A stretch of DNA of 41,105 bases from Octopus bimaculoides (lineage: Eukaryota): positions 8,881,925-8,923,029 of the forward strand of contig NC_068987.1 in assembly GCF_001194135.2 (NCBI RefSeq), written 5' to 3'. Below the pieces are notes generated by a model that did no database searches, had not been told where the DNA came from, and saw only the letters and a program-made list of their open reading frames with translations. This document shows positions 34,841 through 41,105 of this stretch, one piece after another. The number at the start of each line of letters is the position of its first letter. Positions within the stretch are counted from its first letter, which is position 1. Position numbers and translations under genes: made by a program.

Positions 34841-34997
34841 GGGCTTCTTTCAGTTTCCATCAACTAAATCCACTCACATGGCTTTGGTCAGCCTGAGGCT
34901 ATAGTAGAAGACACTTGCCCAAGGTGCCACACAGTGGCACTGAACCCAGAGCCATGTAGTTGGGAAGCAAGCTTCTTACTACACAGCTACACCTGCA
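34841..34997 (-). mobile_element. SINE family 1 head fused to the RTE fragment
   Basis: gggcttctttcagtttcc...gaagacacttgcccaaggtgccac...acacagctacacctgc. Confidence 0.85.
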
Positions 34998-35019
34998 CCT
35001 ATAAGTATAAACTTGAAAT

Positions 35020-35118
35020 AAAATTAAATACCACGGTTGATTTATTTGACTACACTCTTCAATGTGGTGCTCCAGCATGGCTGCAGTCCAATGACCAAAA
35101 CAAGTAAAAAATAAAAGA
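35020..35118 (+). mobile_element. SINE family 1, 3' tail fragment
   Basis: gtggtgctccagcatggctgcagtccaatgac...caagtaaaaaataaaaga. Confidence 0.75.
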
Positions 35119-35971
35119 TGCATCATTCAATACATGACTATCATTTACCTGAATTATCTAAACTCATACCACTAGCCCACAGGAATTATTTCCATGTTTT
35201 GTAATGAGCACTTATACTATTTCTTACTGCATGCTGCAGGAAAAAAAAATAGAAAGAAAGAAACGACATTAAATTAACTTATTCAATGTGGGTTTATTGT
35301 CTTTATCATGAGCACAGTTTTCCAACCTCTCAGCTATTTTTTCCAATACCCTATTAATTCAGCCATCCTGCTGTCTCAATTATTATCATAGTTTTATTTG
35401 TCAGCTGTTATAACAGATAATTTTAGAGCTATGAGTAATTTTTCTTCATTTGGCACAAAACCAATAAGCTTAGCCAATAGGTTACAATGCAAAATTCTGC
35501 TAAAAAGTGATGCTAATGTCACAAACAACTTGGTATTTTCTAAAAATGTCTAATGTCAGGAACTTTTTGTTGGTTATTGGTAAAAAATAATAATGAGAGA
35601 TTTAAGTGAAGAGTGAATAAATAGCTTGACTAGGAGCAATTTCTGTAATTATTTTTAGATTAAAGTTAAAGGAAGGGTTAGAGTTGTAAGGGTCAATGTG
35701 ATTAATTTATACGGAATGAGAAAAGTTCAATACTTAAGAGAAGATAAGAATTAGTTGAGGAATGTATTGCTGGTGAAGGGTGGTTGAGGATTTTAATTAA
35801 TAATTTCTTAGTTTGTTGGTATTAAGAAAAAATTGCCAGTATTGGATATAAGGAAGAACATCGGAGATAGAATAAAGATAGGCAAAAAAAGCAAATCCAA
35901 GATTAGCCAAAATTATTGGAAGAAAATTTGAATGGTCTTATACACTAAAAGTAAAAATTCTTGGTATATAT

Positions 35972-36344
35972 GCACAGGCATAGCTGTGTGGTTAAGTAGC
36001 TTGCATTACAACCACATGGTCTTGGGTTCAGTCCCACTGTACAGTATCATGGGCAAATGTCTTCTACTATAGCCCCAGGCTGACAAATACCTTGTGAGTA
36101 AATTTGGTAGATGGAAACTGTGTGGAAGTTCGTTGTGTGTGTATGTGCCAGTGTCTGTCCCCCACCTCACTGCTTGAGAACTGATGCTGGTTTGTTTACA
36201 TCCCCATAACTTAGTAGTTTAACAAAAGAGACTTATAGAATAAGCAACGAGTTTAAAAAAGCGTACTGGCGTCTATTTGTTTGACTAAACCAATCAAGGC
36301 AGTGTCCCAGCATGACCAAGTCCAATGATTGAAACAATTAAAAG
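35972..36344 (+). mobile_element. SINE family 1, full-length diverged copy
   Basis: Head, (GT) hinge and 3' half are colinear with other copies. Confidence 0.85.
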
Positions 36345-36357
36345 CTATGTAAATTCA

Positions 36358-36399
<42 letters not shown>

Positions 36400-36404
36400 T
36401 GAAG

Positions 36405-36540
36405 TCATGGCCGATGCCGGTGTCATGTGACAGGCACCTGTGCCTATGGCACAAAAAAAGCACCCTCCAAATGTTGGACCTCATGGAGGTGATAAGTGAC
36501 TGAGACCTTTGGCAATATGCTGTGCTTGAGAAGACTCATC
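36405..36540 (+). mobile_element. SINE family 2 variant, internal fragment
   Basis: One tandem-type unit plus gagacctttggcaatatgctgtgcttgagaagac, the reverse-complement match of 18180-18215. Confidence 0.6.
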
Positions 36541-37609
36541 ACTTTATAGTATAATATGGTTGTATAATGAAATATCACGTCCCCACAAGTAATTAATACT
36601 GACTAAAATATATAAAACATTTTGTTCCATTTTTTTTCTTCTTTTTTTATAGCTGTGTTTCTATTTATCTTCTTTCTTCCAATTGTTAACTTTTATTATT
36701 TATGCAACGTAAAAATAAAGAATATCAATTGCGAAATATACCTTTATGTAATATCCCAATTTAATAAAAGGTATTTTCATAAACAATAGTCACATAAAGA
36801 GGCTCAATGGGGAGAAGTGTGAAGCTTTTAAACTTGAGAACAATGGTAGAGAAAACTAATGCCTTGCAAATTCGGTTTATGATCACCTCTCATCATGAAC
36901 AAATTGATTTACAAATATCTCAGGTGACAAATGGTATCTTGAGTAATGAGAATGCAAGCCAGCAACAATTGTTGACAAGCAGGAGAGCATCTGTCTACTT
37001 TTGTTCAGTGCACATCCATGGTCAAATTCACCATGCCTTCTCTTGAATTTTCGATGGGAAAAATTGCTTTGGTTTATGAACATTTCAAGTAATGAACAGC
37101 CTTCAGGAACAAATTAAATTCATAAACTGAGGTTCCATTATATTCAATAAAAATAAAGAGCAAAACTCTAAAAAGTAACTAACTTATTGTTGATATAAAC
37201 CATGTAATATATAAATGAGATAACTGCTAGATTACCTTTGGCTGTAAAAAGTTAATATACCAATTATAAACAACTATTAAAAGTTATGTCAAAGTTTGAA
37301 AAATAGCCAAACAATTATATTTACTAATTAAAATTTAAGTGAGTTTATGCATGCAGAAATAATAAATCATTCTCAGACTTATTGACTAACAGACATTTGA
37401 GATAAAATTTAAAGTTCTTTTTCGCAAAGATTCTGCAAGATTGCAAAATAAAATATTTTAGGCTACATCTTCTTAAAATTGGAATACTGAAATGATAATA
37501 TTCTTGAAACTGGAATTATAGAGATTTTGGCAAAATATTTCAATTTTCTATTCCATTTCCTTTTAAAACGTTCTATTTAAATTGAGTATAAATTATTATC
37601 AATTAAATT

Positions 37610-37684
37610 GGTATATATATAATATATATATATATAGGTATTAAATATATGCAGATGTACACATAATTTCCTACACACACACAC

Positions 37685-37732
<48 letters not shown>
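37610..37732. repeat. (TA)n/(CA)n microsatellites
   Basis: Directly visible. Confidence 0.9.
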
Positions 37733-37736
<4 letters not shown>

Positions 37737-38122
37737 GCTACCATATATCAGATGTATAATAAAAAGAAACAAGTTTGAAATCCATATCATTTGTAATCAT
37801 AAATATATGATGTTAAACAGAATAAATGTTAAAGCTATAAATAGATTAAAATTTAATTCAAACAATATACACCTTTAAGCAAAGCAAAATATACTGCAAT
37901 GCATTTGAAAAGCAACTCAAATTCAGAAATGTTAAGAAATATTACTGAGAGATTCTAACCTACAACTGTATTCAATTTAAAAAAAACATCTCCAATATTC
38001 TGCACTGAGATAACAAGGACCTGAAGACCATTTTATAGTTTCCTTATTACATTACATATATTTTCTTTGTAGTTTAGGCACTATTAAAAAATAATAATAA
38101 TTTTCACAACATGCATGTCTAT

Positions 38123-38236
38123 ATAGTTTAGAATGTCACTTTTCAACAATGTGGTTTTGGGTTCATTCCCACAGCATGGCAGTTTGAGTTAGTGTCTTCT
38201 ACTATAGCCTTAGACCAACCAATACCTTGTGAGTAA
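38123..38236 (+). mobile_element. SINE family 1 head fragment
   Basis: gggttcattcccac...gtgtcttctactatagcc...ccttgtgagt. Confidence 0.7.
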
Positions 38237-38256
38237 CCAATACCTCCATTTTCCAA

Positions 38257-38412
38257 AGGCTTTCTTCAGGTTTCATGTACCAAATTCATTCACAAGGCCT
38301 TGTTCAGCCCAAGGCTAGTGTTAAAGACACAGAACCAAGGTGGCACATAGTGGGACTGAGCACGGAACCATGTGCTTGCGAAGCAAACTTCTTACCACAC
38401 AGCCACGCCTGC
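38257..38412 (-). mobile_element. SINE family 1 head half
   Basis: caaattcattcacaaggcc...gtgggactgagcacggaaccatg...ttaccacacagccacgcctgc. Confidence 0.8.
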
Positions 38413-39473
38413 ATTTTCAAATTTCCTATTTAAATTACACAAATTATAAGAATTGAAATTCCCAATTGATAAAAACTATAGAACATCAATTTCCAAACTC
38501 AATATGGGATTATTGTAATAGCAGATAAATGTAAAATAAAGGTTAGTAAAAATGAATAAAAATGTCAAAATACTTATTGCATTTTTAATTTTCTGAAAGG
38601 TTAATCATGAACAATAAATGCCATGATGAGCAATATTTGATAAGAGAAAAAAACAATAATCAGTAGTATGAGACAATGCTTAAAATGCCAGAGATAAACT
38701 CTTACTCTATCAACCAAAACTAAGACTACCTCTCAGTACTGTTATCAATGACATGATTTTGTGCATGTTGGCCTTGGTTGATCAAACATAGAACAACATG
38801 ACTTTTTTTTTCCGGTCAAGATATAAGACCACAATAGCCAATTTATAGCATATCTAGAACTGCAATTGCCAATCTTTTGTAGCAATGCTGTTCTGTGCAT
38901 GCAAAGTAAAATTACATACAAACACATATACACAAACTACAGAGCAGAAAAGCTACCTTGCAACACCAAATTTCCAAAGAAGGGGTCTTTACTCTAAAAT
39001 GTTGAATAATGATGATAGATAAAAGTACATACCATTGGCTTGCACTGTTTTGGCTTCTCATAAAGACATTTAATCTATATCATGTAAAACATACATACAT
39101 ACATACACACACATTACATACATTACATGCATATATAGCTGATCTTTCTCCCTTTATGTTGAAAAATATAAGCAAAAATAGACTAAGTGAAAGTGAGGAA
39201 ATGTATTAATAGTTGAAGTTGCTGGACTAGTCACTCAAAATTAATGACATCAATCTCTAATCACTATACCCTTAAGCAAATTACTTAATAATGCAGGAAA
39301 GTGAATTTACATAAGTGGTTGACATTAGATAAGTGTGTCACATGCAGATGTTGATATATGAGCTACCCTTTAATAATGATATAAATATATTTACATATAT
39401 ATATGTATTTATTGGTACATGCATTTATTAATATACACATAACTGTATTAATGCTACTATGTTTGAGTATGTG

Positions 39474-39504
39474 TGTGTGCGTGCACATATGTGTGTGTAT
39501 ATAC

Positions 39505-39535
<31 letters not shown>

Positions 39536-39555
39536 TGTATGTATGTATGTATGTA
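39474..39555. repeat. (GT)n and (TATG)n microsatellites
   Basis: Directly visible. Confidence 0.9.
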
Positions 39556-39559
39556 TCAA

Positions 39560-40100
39560 TATAAAAATGGAACAAAAACGCAATAGAGGGCATTAAAACA
39601 TTCAGACAGATAGACGACACAAAGGCGGACAAGAGAAACAACAATTAGAAGGACAGGCAAAAAAGACGGGTCATTCTTGGCTTTCTTTCATCAGTCAAGT
39701 ACAAGAAGTCACGACCATTTTGGACAGTTACACTTGAAATGGTTTGTNNNNNNNNNNCAAAAAAGACGGGTCATTCTTGGCTTTCTTTCATCAGTCAAGT
39801 ACAAGAAGTCACGACCATTTTGGACAGTTACACTTGAAATGGTTTGTTGTGTCGACACCCCCAAGCAAAGAAGTAGGATCGCCCAAAACATATAAATAGA
39901 GGTAGTCTAGCCATGGTAGAGGAGTCGAGTGACTGTTGAGTAGCAGTTGGTTAGCGGTTAAGTAGAGATCATCCGAAGGTGCTAGATAGCAGTAGCTTGA
40001 GACATAACATGGTTCGATCTGGTTGTCCCCCAAAAAGTCTAAGAGCATTAGACCCCTTTGTAAGAAAACTAGCGAATGTGTACGGCAACAAAGACAAAAA
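39560..40100 (-). mobile_element. Unclassified repeat, possibly a Penelope-like element fragment
   Basis: GC-richer, CpG-bearing block. The minus strand has gactgatgaaagaaagccaagaatgacccgtc, reminiscent of PLE terminal motifs. Class is tentative. Confidence 0.3.
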
Positions 40101-40160
40101 AAAACAAACAAAAAAAAACAGAGAACATGGTACAGAATTATGAATAAGTATGTATGTATA

Positions 40161-40530
40161 TTATCATCATTTAATGTCCTTTTATCCATATTGGCATGGG
40201 TTGGGTGGTTTGACAAGAACTTACAGGTGAGAGAGCTCCACCAGGTTCTATGTCTGCTTTGACATGGTTTCTACAGTGGGATGCCCATCCTAATGTCAAC
40301 CACTTAATAGAGTATGCTCAGGGCTTTCTACATAGCACCAACACCAGAGGAGTCACCAAGTATCTGTAAGATAAGACCCCTCAACTGACCAGGGTATAGA
40401 CTGGAGGAATAAGAAACTATATAGAGAGGGAGAGGAGCAGGTGTCTTGCTGAAGTGGCAGATACATGGCTTGCCCGCTTGGAAAGCAAGAGAGAAGAAAG
40501 AGTGAAATAGAGAGATGTGAATAACAGGCA
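40161..40530 (-). mobile_element. SINE family 2 variant
   Basis: tcatcatttaatgtcc...ggcatgggttgggtggtttgac...gatgcccatcctaatgtcaaccactt. Confidence 0.65.
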
Positions 40531-40600
40531 GAATAGAATAGAAGAGGGCAAAGGTGAACGTGTGTGTAGGAGCACAGAACAAATATATATATATATATAT

Positions 40601-41016
40601 GAGGAGATGCTGGAAAGTTCCTAGGTTTGGGTAAAAGAAAATACAAGAGGATCAGTTAATTATGATGTTGCCAGTACCGTGACTGGCCCTCGTGCCGGTG
40701 GCACGTAAAAGCACCCACTACACTCTCGGAGTGGTTGGCATTTGGAAGGGCATCCAGCTGTAGAAACTCTGCCAGATCAGATTGGAGCCTGGTGCAGCCT
40801 TCTGGCTTGCCAGTCCTCAGTCAAATCGTCCAACCCATGCTAGCATGGAAAGCGGACGTTAAACGATGATGATAATGATGATTCAACGCATTCCCTTCTC
40901 AGATTCACATACTTATTGTAACACTCCTTCAGTTTTTCTAAGCCCTGTAAAGGAACTCGGAAGGTTAGACCTCCTTTCGCGATACCCTTAAAGCCAGAAA
41001 CTTTTCAGCACCCCTT
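40601..41016. mobile_element. Mariner-type MITE interrupted by a family 2 SINE
   Basis: Imperfect ~28-bp TIRs: gaggagatgctggaaagttcctaggttt (40601-40628) and aaagccagaaacttttcagcacccctt (40990-41016). The left flank is (TA)n. Confidence 0.75.
40668..40882 (+). mobile_element. SINE family 2, 5'-truncated, well preserved, nested in the MITE
   Basis: One tandem unit, CpG-rich body and a (GAT)n tail. atgat occurs on both sides. Confidence 0.9.
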
Positions 41017-41057
41017 TGAGTGTGTGTATGTATGTATATATATATATATATATATAA

Positions 41058-41105
<48 letters not shown>

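Noticed and set aside
33658-34863. 401-aa and 383-aa ORFs
   Set aside because: They are mostly N. Only the RTE fragment at 34659-34840 is real.
36807-37083. 79-aa ORF or possible DD37D/Tc1 transposase remnant
   Set aside because: Only a faint resemblance (W-S-N-S-P), too weak to call without a search.
39665-39696. Functional hammerhead ribozyme
   Set aside because: CUGAUGA is present but there is no stem II and the later motif is GAAU, not GAAA. Kept only as a degenerate lead.

Overview
Eukaryotic, AT-rich draft-assembly sequence with five N gaps, almost certainly from a cephalopod (Octopus-like, inferred from the SINE, MITE and microsatellite content). The only host gene I can support is the 5' part of a liprin-beta (PPFIBP1/2-like) gene on the minus strand. 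It has a start-codon exon (29551-29163, CDS from 29340), a 23,914-nt phase-1 intron and a 200-nt coding exon (5248-5049), which splice in frame to 126 aa. The next coding exon was not found in 1-5048, and the promoter and first exon were not identified. The rest is intron filled with repeats: more than 30 SINE copies from about four modular families, a mariner transposase relic with an internal inversion, a hAT/Buster transposase relic, hAT, piggyBac-like and mariner-type MITEs, a Helentron-associated-like element, RTE LINE fragments, a possible Penelope-like fragment and many microsatellites. I did not find a convincing novel multi-gene system. The best leads are SINE architecture around the exons (editing, circRNA, cryptic splicing), a candidate internal promoter and unusual transposon rearrangements. 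Family comparisons are from memory of consensus motifs, not database searches, and repeat boundaries are approximate unless TSDs or TIRs are quoted.
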